Assembly: GCA_009602725.1 (NCBI GenBank)
Contig: WELB01000004.1
Location: 1,159,457 to 1,212,850 of the forward strand
Source: Spirogloea muscicola
Lineage: Eukaryota
Direction: 5' to 3'
DNA length: 53,394 bases
The notes under the pieces: generated by a model
The model's database searches: none
What the model was told of the DNA's origin: nothing
What the model saw: the letters and a program-made list of their open reading frames with translations, nothing else
Part shown: positions 21,755-34,925 of the stretch, piece by piece
Layout of the letters: every line of letters begins with the position of its first letter
How positions within the stretch are numbered: the stretch's first letter is position 1
Translations under genes and position numbers: made by a program

Positions 21755-24414
21755 TCAGTCAGTGGGGGGCTGTTCTGAGTTGTCTTCTCCGTCATATGGC
21801 AGCTCGTGACGAGGAGCACCATACTTCTCCCTCAGCTGCTTGGAGGGAATGAAGTCCCCGGCTGAGTCCACACCCAAGAAAAGGAGGTATGTGTAGGGGT
21901 GATCGAAAGGTGACCTCTCCTTCTCCTTTTCCCCTGGCACCACCATGCGCTCCTCGGGCACTGCAAAGCAAGTGTCAAGGCAGCCACTGAGGGCAATGCA
22001 CAACTTTGAAGTGATTCTCAGCCTCTCTCCTGAATTCCTATGGGCTACGTCAACATGCCAGGAGTCACTGCTACAACCTGAGTAAACAGAAATTGCTATT
22101 ATTTGTGGCAATGTCAATCATCACAGCATTATCATGCTTGCAGAACTTACAGTAAGCCACGACGAAGCCAGGGCTGTCTCTGCGATCCACCAAGACCTGC
22201 CCAACAGCATACAATGACAAGAATTAGGTGGGCATAGTGGGTATCAAGATTTGCAGATACACAAAGATAGAGACACAGCAGGAATCAGGAAGAGCAGTCA
22301 TCCAAAGCTTTCACACTTGCCATACCTGATAGAATGGCTGACACCGACCTCGGGGTAGTCTGTCAATCTCAGCACTCTCAGCCCAATTGTCCAACTCACA
22401 ACACATGGGATCCATTCCACAAATGACCCCTCGATATTCTGAACATGAATACAAAGAGGTGTATAAGACTCGGGCTCCAGCCTCCTGAAGTAATCGGCAA
22501 GGTCAAAAGTGTATCACTCGCTCAAGAAGCAGGTCAAGCAGCAGGGTAAAAGAACAAAAGTAACATGCCATACAACCCTTGGCTCTGATGCTTGGCTATT
22601 TGACTTACTGTGCTCTTTGTGCAGAATGACCTGCCCGAGCCGGAATTTGTATTCGACAGTGGTGAAAGCCAAGGCTTGTGCGGAAGCTGCAAGCGTTTCG
22701 GCCTGACAAATGACAAGGCATATGTGATTATTACACTGGCACAAACATGAAGTACACAATTAAACAAGCATAAAATACTCCCCAGAAAAAATAATCAGAG
22801 GCACACCTCGAGCTGTGACAGCCTGTCTCGAAGCAGGGCCGCCTCAGAGTATTGCTCCTGTTCAATGGCCTTCTGCAACTCAGACCTGCACACCTTGCAG
22901 AGCATGAGCACAAATGATAGAAGCCACAAGAAGCCATGGACTTTGCCAGTGAAACTTGCATGCCTGATGAACTTGCACTTGCCCACCTAATTCCAAGGAT
23001 GGCAAGCGCCTTGTCTTGCACTTCCGCTTTAGCTGAGCTTGACCCCATTTTCAAGTCTTGTTGCCTCTGCACTTCCTGCTCAACCTGCCAAACGCTCAAG
23101 AGCAGGAACCTAGAGTGAGCATTTTCATCACCATCTGCCTATGAATGTAGCATCACAATTACCCTGCAGCAAAAAGTAGGGGTTGCCCTATACACTGCTA
23201 AAGTACCAACATCTATCATAAATGGTTGCTGGCTATCTCTTGCTCCAGAAAGAGCAGGATTGACATCCTTCCAGCACTTTGATCGCCTCACATACAACCT
23301 ACTACAACTTACATCTGTTATCTTCTCCCGTAGTTGCTGTGCTGCTTCGTATTCATCTTTGTTCAGGGCCCTCTGTGGAATGGCACATGACAAATATCAG
23401 TGACATCGAGTACATGTTACAGCGGGCCAAAGTGCACACCTCAGCCAATACCAGTAGCCTGTGAATACACCACAAGAACTTCAAAATGCAGAGCCAGAAA
23501 CAGGGGCTGGAGACAGGCGCCAGTGCATGTACAGTCACGAGGACATGGGCTGCAAGGCTAAAGGCAAGACCTGTAGTCTGGTGGTGAGGTCCAACTGAAA
23601 GAAGAAAAGCAAGAGTTCCTCATTGACAGATTGACTGCGCTCTGTCACTGCCAGCCTGTCAATGACTTCGGCCTCCATCTCATCGCCATCGCTGTGCTTT
23701 GCAGAGCTGACAAAGTTGGCCCTCCGGAGTACAACCGGCATGACAGCAGCGTTCCTTGCCATCATTGTCTGTGTGCCAGTGCTGCTTGCCCCCCCGCCAG
23801 AGCTGTTGAAGAAGAACGTAAGGGCAGCTCCTGCAGCCAACCGGCCATGCCGCCTCCGAGGAGTCTTGGGGGCCATGGCTTGGCTTCGCTGTATCACATG
23901 ATCAGAAAACGCATGTCATGCACGTCACACCCCCCATTACAGATGACCAGAAGAACCTGAAAGAACTCTGAATCCATGAATATTATTTGCACTATCACTT
24001 GGCCAACAGACAATCATCTGGACTTTGTACTCTGCGATCGACAGTGATGCCTGGTATGATGCTTCACGAGCTCAATGAAGGGCAGATATACGCTTTCAGC
24101 GCGTAACAATACACTGCAACACTAAGCTGTGCCCCTCCAGGTTCACGGCTGCAACCAACCTGAGAGTTGCCGAGCGCCCCACGAGGGCACCGCAGCTTCG
24201 GCAGGCCGGGGCGCGGCATCACGTAAGGGAGGCCCGAAGCCGACGTTGTGGCGGATGATGAGGCGCTCGTCGCGGATGCCTCGTCGGAGTGGCCGCTCCT
24301 GAGGGAGCCGCCGGGCCTGGACTGCTCCAAGGTCGAGGCGGCAAGGGACTCGGCGGCGGCGAGGTTGGAGCTGCCGCCGGCGCTCCTCCCTGCGGCATTC
24401 GTCCAGGCCTGCAT
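21755..24414 (-). CDS. CLPF: Chloroplast Clp protease adaptor ClpF (UVR repeats + YccV-like domain)
   Basis: Spliced exons give ERSQSVNEELLLFFFQLDLTTRLQ/RALNKDEYEAAQQLREKITD/VEQE..SSAKAEVQDKALAILGIR/SELQKAIEQEQYSEAALLRD/AETLAASAQALAF..YKFRLGQ/YRGVICGMDPMC..QPFYQ/VLVD..VAY/VPEE..FDHPYTYLLFLGVDSAGDFIPSKQLREKYGAPRHE, very close to plant ClpF. The start at 24414 is the best candidate. Confidence 0.93.
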
Positions 24415-25679
24415 GGATGGTGGTGGCCCGCTGCAGCAGCAATCGCGGGCGCCGGGCGCCTGGGGCGCCTCCTCAGGACGAGCTTCCCGGTGAGGTCGAC
24501 GATGGTGAAGCGCGAAGGAGCGGGGCGCAGATGGCGGTCAGGCGGCGGCGCGGCGGCGAGGGCGAGGGCGGCCGCACGCCATGGCTGATCGGGAGGAGAG
24601 AGCGGCGTCGATGGCGGCGGCGAGGGCGAGGGGTCCGGCGAGTTCACGGCAGCGTCCTTGCAGCAGCAGCACTTGTGCTTCGGGGGGGGGCGAAGCGGCG
24701 GCGATACATCACCCGGGAGGAGATTAGCCGGGGGGACATGTGGGCGCGCCGGGGGAGGGGGAGGGGGGTGAGGAGGGAGGGCAGGGCGCCCGCCCTCATG
24801 GGGGGGTGACCAAATATCTTCCCAGGGGTTTTGGGGGCGTGGGTGCGGCGCCCTGGACATGGGCCGCGGCGGCCGGCCTCATGCTTCCGCCCGGGGGGGG
24901 CCTGCGGGCGCTACTGTGCCGAGCTGGGAATGCCGAGGCGTCCCTCCGCCGCATTTCTCGGCCCTCGTGTCGTGCATGAATCAAAAACGGTTGGTCGAAT
25001 TCCCCTATTCTAGCTCACCCCTCTGGGATCTGCAGCCCAGGACCAGGAATTTATAACTGCAGACGAACTGTAGCGCTCCACCCCCCGGGGCCCCGGAGGT
25101 GTGCCAAGTGGGAAAGGGGGGGACGCCCCTCGCATCGCCCCGGTGGTGCTGGGGGCCCATGCCCCCTGCCGCGCCACGGCGCCCACATCGACGTCCGGCT
25201 CGAGGTCGGCACTGGGCCCCGTTACAGAACATAGGCCGCGCCACAGCGGCTCGGCGCTTCCCTCCCTTGGACTGTACTCCCACGCGCGGGCCCCGGCTGC
25301 CAAATCAGGCGCAGGCCCTGGCGACAAGTGGCCCCCCGGCGACGTCGCTCGGCGGCGTCGCCAGCGGCATGCCGCGTCGCTCGCTAATCGCACGCGCCAC
25401 GTTGGTGCCAGCGTGGCGCTTCGTCGCTACCTGCTGCCGCGTGCCGGCCCCCGGCAGCCAATGTGATCGCGCGATCGTGGCAGGGGACCCCGTCAGCACC
25501 CGGGCAATGAGCTCGGCGGCCGCCAGCCCCGGGCAATAGTCTCCCGGCCTTGCCCCCGGGGGCCAGTTTTGCGGGGCACGCCCCCGGGCGACGGCACCGC
25601 CGCCCCATCAGCTCCTTCTGGCTGCAGAGCGGCGCCTGGAGATCCTTGTCGGCCCCCCCATCCACTTGTCCGCCTCCCA

Positions 25680-25780
25680 TCCACTTGTCCCGTTCCTCTC
25701 TGGGCTGGCCACACAGGCCCCGCCCCATTTGGAAGCGCTCAATCCTCTCTCTTGGCTGGCATCTACAGCCGCTCTTCCAG
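25680..25780 (+). repeat. Two degenerate copies of the retrotransposon-UTR hairpin unit
   Basis: cttgtcccgttcctctctgggctggccacacaggccccgccccatttggaagcgctc and ttggctggcatctacagcc resemble the units at 38.5-40.0 kb. Confidence 0.6.
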
Positions 25781-26160
25781 TGTTTAGCAGCCGCATCCAC
25801 TCTTTTCTTCGTAATCAGGCTGCCCGCCAGGCTCAGGATCAGGCTACAAGACTCGGCTCGGTGGCGAGCTGCAGCCCGTCTGCCGGAGGAAGGACCCCGT
25901 GGTGTGCGCATGAGATGAGAGGGAGGCACAGGAAGCGCCGCCCGGGCTACTCGTGACATTCCGCCCACATTCCAGGTCGGTCAACCCTGCATCCTCCATA
26001 CTTGTTTGTTGTGATGCTGCTCAGCAATAGCCAGACATGGTATTCACCACATCCCATCACGCACAATGCTGGGATGCTCTGCATACATGGATGGCCTTTT
26101 AAGATCGGCACTCGTACTGAGCGACAAGCTCTGACTTTCTCCGGCACTGGGTAATTGTGG

Positions 26161-27663
26161 TCAATGACTGTGGTCATTTCCAGCCCACTTGGGGTGCTCT
26201 GAGCCTGGAGGCGGACCTAACCTCGGAAGGAGCCAATATGGCATCCACTCTGTACCAAAAACGTGTCTTAAGTTCGTCATACTCATGCCCTGCCCTCGCT
26301 GCCCGGCAGCTCCATTGGTACACTGCAAAGAATCAATGTATGTAATCCCTCTCAACAAGAGCCTTAGCTGTTGACGCAAGAGGGTCGCCATCCCAATTGC
26401 TGTTCCAGCACCCGCTAAGCACAAGTAAAATAGCACCATAGCACGATAGCTTACTGCCATCCCAGAATTGGCTCTGAATAACCACGACAACTGCACGGTG
26501 GTCAAGGCAAGAAAGCCGCGCCTAATGCTCCCACTTCTGCTAGCATCCCGGATTGTTGTCAACTCGTGCGTGCAATGAGTGCGTAGAGTGTATGTAGAAA
26601 TGCCAGCAAGATAAGTGCAGCTGATAACAGCATAAATAAGAAAGAGAACAAAGTGTCTTTGATTGGTTGCTCCCACACAGTTGGCAATCTGCACCACAAG
26701 ACCATCTATCCAAATTTCACTTGCAAGCAGCTGGCCAGAGAAAGGCATGCAATTGGTGCTAGAAAGTCTCAGCAGCAGCTTTCACCATTAGCTGGTGCCA
26801 ACATCAACCATCTTGCCAACAAAGCGACCACTACTGATAGTTGCAGATTTTGTAGTACTTACAAAGGGGCAGTGGTGATCCATGTCGAGAACGCATAGCC
26901 CGCAGGATCGACAATGGTGTGCACGATGGGGCTTAGGAAAATGGCACATTCGGCAGTACGTGACATTGTCTAGCCCGCCTTGTCCCACGGCGCTGCCTTC
27001 ACCCCAGCACATCGGCGGCAGTCTGCCCGCAGGCCGGCACGAACAAAGGGCAAAGTTGAAGACGGTGTTGAAGGCCAATGCGGCCGTCAGGACAGTGTGC
27101 AGCAGGAAACCGCTGGATACTGCGGGGAAGAGCACCGGGAAGACGGACCACACACCGCCACCTGAGTGAAGCAACAGAGCTTGTCAACTGTGTGCCTGCA
27201 ACAGGTGGGGTCGGACAAGATGGCTTGCATGGCAAGACCAGCACGCCAGTGAAACGAACGCAGATGCATGGAAGCGAGCGGAGGAGGCGGCCGTGAGCAA
27301 CACAGCGAGAGGGTGCGGCGTGAGCGAGCGAGCTGGGAGCGCACCGATGAGGCACAGGATGAAAGTGGTGACAGCGGCCAGCATGAGGCGGCCCTGCAGC
27401 TGCGACCACCGGTACTGTGCTGCGGTCTCGCGGGGCCAGCGGGCGCGCGCGCCCCGGGCTGCCGCTCTGCCCGCCGCCGCCGCCGCCGAGGCCGCCTGCT
27501 GATCGTCGCCTTCGACGGAGACGGCGCCGCACCAGCCGCACCGGAACATCGGGGAGTAGGCTGGCAGGCCGACGCCGAGGCCGCAGCCCCAGCAGCGCGT
27601 CCGCCACTCCATGGCCGCCAGCCCCTGGCCTCCGCCGCTGCCGCCGCCGCCGCCGTCGGCCAT
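26161..27663 (-). CDS. PAT11: DHHC protein S-acyltransferase, PAT11-like
   Basis: N-terminal CWGCGL..LPAYSPMFRCGWCGA (as I recall from plant PAT11), TM segments, and YCRMCHFPKPHRAHHCRSCGLCVLDMDHHCPF/IANCVGATNQRHF. ATG at 27663, stop at 26161; three exons. Confidence 0.9.
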
Positions 27664-27920
27664 GGCCGCGCTCGCCGCAGGTCGCGGCGTGCCCAAGGGC
27701 GAGTTTAGGTCGCCGGGCCCTGCTGCTACAATGCAGCCGCGTCCTGCGGACAGACCCCGGCCGTCGACGTGGCCGTCCGATCTGCAAGATCGGAACATCC
27801 CCGCCGTCCATGCTAAGCCGAATGGAAAGCGCAGCCATAGTGGCGCTCCCGAGGCCCGCGGCGCCGCGCGCGGGTCNCAACGCCGCCGCCAACGCCGCCG
27901 CCGTCGCCTCAGCCGCAGGC
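27664..27920. promoter_or_regulatory. Probable compact bidirectional promoter
   Basis: Only about 257 bp (including one N) separate the divergent start codons at 27663 (-) and 27921 (+). Confidence 0.55.
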
Positions 27921-30900
27921 ATGTCGTCGGCGGAACACCGGCGGCCGCGGTCGGGAGGCCGCTACGACGTGGAGCGACGTAGCGGCAGCGGCAGCGGCGT
28001 CCGCGAGATGGAGGGCCGCCGCCACGGAGGCGGCGGCGGCGGCGACAACGACGACGACGGTCGCGGAGGCCGCGGCGCTGCAGGTGTGCGAGCCCCGCGC
28101 CGCAGCTCACTCGTGTGCGGCGACCCCCTCGCCGCCGCTCCCATGCTTGCAATCTCGGCGTCCACCACGGACCCGGGCGTCGGCGCCTGTGGCGGCGAGG
28201 CTCGAGCGGCGTTTATGGCGCGTCAGGCGCGCTGACGGACGGCGGCCGCTTGGCGGCGCACCCCTTGGCAGCTGACAGGGCTCCGGAGAAGCGCCGCCGG
28301 GAGGCCACCGTGCCAGGATCGGATGGCGGCGGCAGTGGCGCCAGAGACGCAAAGCATCCGCGGCTGTACCAGTCCTCCCACGACAGCACAAGGGATGCGA
28401 AGCTCCATGGCGGCGAGGGCGAAGCTCCGGGGAGCCACCAGTCTCCCGCGTGGTCGGGAGGGGCTGCTGGCGCTGCAGGTGCAAGCCCGCGCTCTGAGCT
28501 CGCTGAGCAGAACGGAGGAGGGCCGGCACCAGGTGATGGTCCTACCGTCTCAGCGGCCTCCGTGGAGGCGGAGCCGGTGGAGCGAGCCGAGCGAGCGAGC
28601 GAGTGGGACGACGAGGACGACGGGGAGGGCATCAAGCTCGGGTGGGACGAGGACGAGCCCTTCGACACGTACGATGAGGAGGACCGCGAGGCCGAGCTGG
28701 ACGAAGCGCAGCATGAGCCCCAGCCTGAGCACGAGCACGCTCGCCCGCTGCACCAGGAGGGAGCCGCCGCCAAAGCTCCTGGTATGGCGCCCTGCCTACA
28801 ACGGAGGCAGCAATTCTCGCCTTCATCTGGTTGCTTGGCATGCCGCCTCTGTGACTTGGTAGCTCATATTTGTAGCTGGGATGGCTTGGTTGAGCTTAAG
28901 AGCACAAACAACAGTTGTAGCAGCTCTTCTTTCCAAAGATACTCTGAACCATGTCATTAGTGGAAAGGTTGACTTGGAAAGTGAGCAAGCCTTGATCAGC
29001 TAGCAGCAGATGCTCAACATTTCTTCAATTATCTTAGGATTACCGTTTGGCCGGGCGCTTGTACACTTTTCCTGTACAAATTGCTGGAACAACTTTGTTG
29101 GTCAATTCTTTGTAAGGCTGTCAATTGTTGAAGGTGGACAACTGGTCATTGTGCTGTTGGCTAGCGGCAGAGGTGGCGATGTCATCCATGCCGGTCTTGC
29201 CCTTGGCTGTCGCAGATGCTACAGAGGACTACGCATCTCAAGATCTCGAGGCTGATGAGCAGGCTGGTCAAGGTGGCCGCGAGCAGGAGCCCTATTCAGG
29301 ACACCACGATGGGCACCTTCGGACAGAGGGCAGGCGGGGTGACGAGCATCATCGGCGGAGCTCGCGCAAGGGCGAGGTGGATGTGGAGGATATGAATGCC
29401 AAGAGGCCGGCGGCTTGGGAGGCTGACAAGCTCGAGGGCCGGTTGCAAGGCAGGAACCGAAGGGCGGAGGATGTGCACATGGATCGGGTAGGTCGGGAAG
29501 TGCGGGACGCAAGAGGTGTTGGTCGGGAGGCTCAGAAGAAAGTGGAGTTGCCCAGCAACCGACATGGTGACAGGTCCAGGGATAGAGCGAGCTTCAAGCA
29601 GGACCATTACCGAGGCGATGAGCCTGGCAGGGAGGATGCACGAAGGCATCGACAGCGAGAGGGGGAGAGGGAGCGGGAGAGGCCTGGAAGAGAGAGAGAG
29701 CGGGAGAAGGAGAGGGGGAGGGAGAAGGAGCGCGAGCGGGAGCGGGAGCGCGAAAGGGAGCGGGAGCAGGAGCGGGAGCGAGAGCGAGAGAGGGAGAGGG
29801 CCGAGGAGAGGGAGAGGGAGAGGGTGAGGGAGAAGGAGAGGGAGAAGGAGATTGAGAGGCTGGCGAGGGTGCGTATGCGGGAGGAGAAGCTGTGGGAGCG
29901 GGAGCGGGAGAGGGAGAAGGAGCAAGAGCAGGAGGAGCGGGACAGGGAAAGGGAGAGGGAGAAGGAGAGGCAGAAGGAGAGGGAGGTAGCGCAGGAGCGG
30001 CAGCTGGAGAGGGGAAGGGGGCGGGAGAGGGAGGAGAGGGGGAGAGAGCGCGAGGGGGGCTGGGAGAGGGAGAGGCGAGCTGAGAAGGACAGGGACAGGC
30101 AGCAAGACAGGTCGTGGGATGTGGAGAGGGAGAGGGCGAGGGAGAAGGGGCAGGGGAGGGGCCGCGAGCAGGAGCGGCTGCTGTCAGAGGGTGATGGCCG
30201 CTTCAACAGGGCTGCTCGTAGGTGAGAAGGAGCAGAGCTGCTCTCGTTCCCCCACGATTAGTTGCCACCTAGCTGTTTTGGCTTAGAGGCGGACAGACTA
30301 CAGCAGCATTGGCAAAGAGCGGCTACTGCTGCTTAAGGAACTGTTGAAAGCAGCAGTAATGCTCTCTGCTTCCCAATCTCATTGACGGCAGGTGGGGCAG
30401 CTTCAGAGCTGTGTGTTGCGGACTCTCAATGACTATCTGCTTGTGACGAGACGTAGCCTGCTTTTCGTACTGGGCGTGATGGCTTTCTGTTGTACGTGTT
30501 GTCAATTTCGTCTGACGCCACGCTCGTCTCGCGGCCAGGCAACGAGGCGAGTTAGTGCTTGAGGAGCATGACTACGTGCAGATGGACTGGAGGGGCCCTG
30601 CTGCTGCTGATGCTCATGGAAGAGCCGATTGGAGCATGCACGTTGCCAGTGACGCCGGCGGTCGCAGGTCGAGGAGCCGCACTAGACAGGAGGAGGATGA
30701 CTGGCACGCCCAGCATGGAATGCGCGAGCAGGTCAGCCACTCGAGGAGGGGCGATGGGCCTGTGCACGACGGCGATGGCCGGGAGTTTCACAGGGCTGAA
30801 CACCCGTTGGAGCTGCCGCAGCGGCACGACAGCCGAGGGCTGCCGCTGGCCTCAAGGAGGCACGAGTCCCCATCCCAGCAGCACAACTTGCGGCAAAGGT

Positions 30901-33704
30901 CGCAACGGCCTCATGTCGGCTCTCCGCATTACGAGGGCGGAGGCGGTCGGGGCCTGGAACAGGCATTCAGCGATGGCAGTGACACGCGACGCCGGCGACA
31001 GTACGAGGACGAGATGCGTAGCTACCAACGGAAGCAGCAGGGAGAGTATGTGGGGGGCCACGACCACCAGGAGAGGCAGCAGTATGACGAGCGAGTGGAG
31101 GGCTTCCCATGGACTGACGAGGAGGAGGCGCGCCTAAGCGGCGCAGCACGGCAGGTGCGCCGTGGCAGGCCGCCGAAGCGAGGCCGCGCGGACAAGGTCA
31201 AGGCGGCAGAGGATGACGAGGATGTGGAGGAGCAGAGAGAGGAGGAGGAGGAGGAGGGCGTGGAGGAAGATGAGGAGGAGGAGGTGGAGGAGGAGGAGGA
31301 GGAGGAGGAGGANCACGGCAAGTCCCGGCCGCTGCTGCCCAGCCCACTCCTGATGCGGCCGCCGCCGCTGGCACCGCTGCCTCTCCCGGCACTCGCGCCG
31401 CTGCCGCCGCCGCCTCAGCTGCTGGCGCCGCCTGGCAAGCTGGAGCCGGGGGCTGATGGCCCCAGCAAGCGCAAGGGCCGTAAGCAGCCGCCGCCGCCCG
31501 TGGAGCCTGGCGTCGGGCTGGGGCTGTGGGGCCAGGGCCCCGTCGGCCCGACCGGCCCCCACTTCCCACCGCCATACGGCCCAGCGGCGCTCGGCGGTCT
31601 CGGCATGCCGCCCTTCCGGCCGCGGCCACCGCACCTGATGGGCCGCGGCATGGGCATGGGCATGAGCATGGGCATGGGCCTTGGCATGGGCTTCGGCATG
31701 GGCCCCGGCATGGGCTTCGGCATGGGCCCCGGCATGGGCATGGGCATGGACGGCGGCTACACCGATGGCTCGTTTGGCATGGGCAGCGGCGGCGGTGGCG
31801 GCGGAGGCCGTGGTGGTGGCGGCAACTGGGAGCACCCAATGATGCGGCGGCCGGAGTGGGGCAGCGGGCACATTGGCGGCCGTGGCGGTGGACCGTGGCT
31901 GCGGGGCAGCCCCTGGGGTGGTGGTCCCCCGGGGGGCCGTGGAGGCGGCCCCATGGTGCAGCCCCCGCCTGGCGGTCCTCCATTTCCCCCAGCATGGTGG
32001 GGGCCGCTGGACCAGCAGCAGCAGCAGCCGCGGCCACCGCAGCAGCAGCGGCGGAGTGGCGGAGGCGGCGGCGGCGACCCGGGCACGTGGCATGGCGGCC
32101 GTGCGCCGGCAGAGGGGCCGGGCAAGCAGCAGCACGCCCTGGCAGGCCCCCCTCCACCGTTTCGACGCGCGGCGGGCCGGCAGGATGAGCGCCAAGGCGG
32201 CATGCGCCGGTCCTCTGCGGCAGCGCTCAAGGAGCTGCTGGCCGGTTTCCCCATCTCTGCAGAGCTCGCTGGCCCGGAGCTCCTCAGAAGAGTCAGGAGC
32301 CTCCTCAGTCCCACAGAGGCTATTGTGGAGGACGCTGCCGAGGACACCAACAATGACCTGGACGATAAGCTGGTGAGCAAGTTGGCCCACAAGATATTTC
32401 TGATACTTCTCTTGCCAATCATCACATCTCCTTCTTTTCTAAGGTGTCGATGCAAGGTTCTTGGAAAGGTCTTACTGCTATGCTTGTAGCTTGGGTGCCG
32501 ATATACAGTCCTTGCGCCTAGCTTCAAGTGTAGCATATTAAGGGTTCGTAGGCATCATCTGCTTTTAGTGGGCTACAACATAAAGCACACAGAGTACCTT
32601 GCTGTGGACCACATTGTCTTATGTCATAGACCATATCTGCTGATTGCCATATGACCACCGCACACATCAGTAGTCCATTCCTTACCACTTTGGTGAGGTA
32701 GTGCATCAGATGCAGTGACCTTTGCCAATATTTGATATGCCAGCAGCCCCTGTCCCATCGGTCAATACTGGCCAAGTACACATCAGGCAGCTCAACATCC
32801 AATCTGTTGCTGCAGGATGCGGCATATCAGGTATATTCTTGCCTGTACTTTATTCAGTATGGGCAATTTTCAAGCATTCTTGCCTCTACCATGCTTACTA
32901 TTATAATCTGTAGTCATGCTTGTATATCCTTCAGCACCAGTGCAACAAAATAGCGACCTGCACATTTGATGCTCTGCTCTTGAAGGACCTCAGATAGTGA
33001 AGGCCATGCTGACTGGGCACTTGAATCCTGTTCATGTGTAGGCCGCCATTGCTGCTTACAGAAAGCCAGAGAAGGAGCTTTTCACGCTTAGAACTCAAAG
33101 TGGCGTCCTCCTAGTGCCCTTCGACCCATCCAAAGTGCACATCCCCCTATCAGTCACCCTCCCTGTGAATACGTCCCACCAGGATGTCAAGAGAGCTGTT
33201 GCAGAAGGGGCTCGCCGGGAAGAGAAGCTCGACTCCACGACAGATGCATCTGGTTTGCATACTCATCTGCCTGAAGCTGCACTTGAAGATGGAGCGAAGA
33301 CCTTCACAAGTGCAGCCCAGCTGCACATTGGCGATGAAGAAAGTCCACAGGAGGTGCTGCAGGGCATGGCAGAGGGAGGCAACAAGCTGTCGCAGGTGAG
33401 AGTCAAAGTGGAGAAGCAACCAGTGCTCGGGGCCACTGACACCCGCGCTGCAGAGGTGGAGGGGCCGGGCTTGGCGAGCGGCAACGCCTTCCAGAATGAG
33501 GGGCCTGTGGACGAGGTCACAAAGGAGCATGATGTGTCAGAAGATGGCGATGCTTGGGCAGAAGGTCTGGACATAAATCTACTAGACGGCCATCAGGGCG
33601 CAGCCGGCTCACCAGAAGTGGACCAGCGGCCAGGGCAGAGCCCAATGGAGGAGCTGATGGAGAAGCCTGAGCCTCAGCTTGGGGTTGCCCTTGTGCAGCC
33701 CTGA
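27921..33704 (+). CDS. Large low-complexity nuclear protein (RE/ER-rich, acidic, Gly/Pro/Met-rich), possibly HIZ2/ZC3H13(Flacc)-like
   Basis: Five exons splice in phase: about 27921-28084, 28272-28781, 29165-30221, 30539-32372 and 33042-33704. Long RE dipeptide tract, poly-E, GMGMG/PPF repeats, and a short globular-looking motif [27 protein letters not shown]...AAIAAYRK. Confidence 0.75.
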
Positions 33705-33983
33705 GGTCCTGGTGCCATGAGGGCGCCTATTAGATCGTTTTGTATGTACACAGTAAAGACAAATCTCTATTGACATTGTAACAGACATTGCCAGTCTGGT
33801 CGATCCCATGTCGGGCTGTCACATTCTTTTCTCTTCAGCGGCATACTCCCACATGCCAAGGCTCCACCAACGTAGCGGACAAATGCCGTCTCCTGCTACA
33901 ATGAGGTCAACTTGCAACTGCTACATACGCCGGAAGTTAGCATTTCAAGCACCCACAGTTGGTTTGTGGATAAGCTATGCGAT

Positions 33984-34704
33984 AGAGTAGGATGACTGGA
34001 ATACTTCCTCGATCACTAGATTCTTTCATTCTTTGTCTGCTGTGCAGAGGCAAATGGGGCATGCCTAGGTATCCTGAACCCAGGTTCCGTCGCGCCTTCT
34101 CAAGTGCAGAAGGTGTCAAGTCAATTATATGACAGATAGGCACCAGGTATGCTCGATACATGACGCTTATATGTACATTGCAACCTCCCAGAGATGCGAT
34201 CCATATGCCTCAAGTCAAAAGGCAGCAATGCTTGATGTAGTGAGCCAACAACTGTGCTTGAAAGAGGTTGCTGTATTTACAAGAATATTAATGGCAATAA
34301 TAAAAGGACGCATGAAGATTCTGAAACCTGGTACGCAATGCGATCAGCACTATCGCCTTTGCAAGCTCTTGAGAGTAGGATGCCTGGTATACATCCTCAA
34401 TCACGAGACTCTTTCCATCTTTGTCCGCTGAGTAGAGGCAATGGGGCATGCCTAGGTGTCATCAGCCCAGGTTCCGCTGCTCCTTCTCAAGTGCAGAAGG
34501 TGTCAAGTCAGTTTCATGACAGAGTCACCAGGTATGCTTGATCCATGACGCTTTATGAACATAGCAAGCACCCAGAGATGCAATCCATATGCCTCAAGTC
34601 AAAGGCAGCAATACTTGATGTAGTGGCCCAAGCCTGCGCATGATAGGAGTTGTTGTGCTTCTACACAAATTGTAATGGCAAAGATAGAAGGCCCCGTGAA
34701 GATT
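33984..34704. repeat. Diverged tandem duplication (period about 388 bp)
   Basis: 33984-34322 and 34372-34704 share long blocks, e.g. ccttctcaagtgcagaaggtgtcaagtca and atccatatgcctcaagtcaaa. Confidence 0.9.
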
Positions 34705-34925
34705 TGACAATTTGGGGACGAAGGAGCCGACATGTTATGTTGTTTGATTGATGTATTGTACAACTGAACACATTACGTCTCACTGGTGGACAGCACCTTG
34801 ACGTGCTACCTCGCATTCCCAGTAATCTTGTCCACACACTGAATCACCAAAAAGCTAGTCATTCCTGCAAAGAAAGCCCGTCTCAGGCCATGTGCAGGAA
34901 ACCTCTTCTAGCTTGCCGCTGGCCT

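Noticed and set aside
29296..30206. Minus-strand SR-like and Leu/Pro-rich ORFs
   Set aside because: Antisense shadows of the purine-rich RE-repeat exon on the + strand, which has proper splice sites.
32924..32931. ATATCCTT U12-type 5' splice site
   Set aside because: It lies inside an intron already bounded by in-phase GT-AG sites; a chance match is likely.
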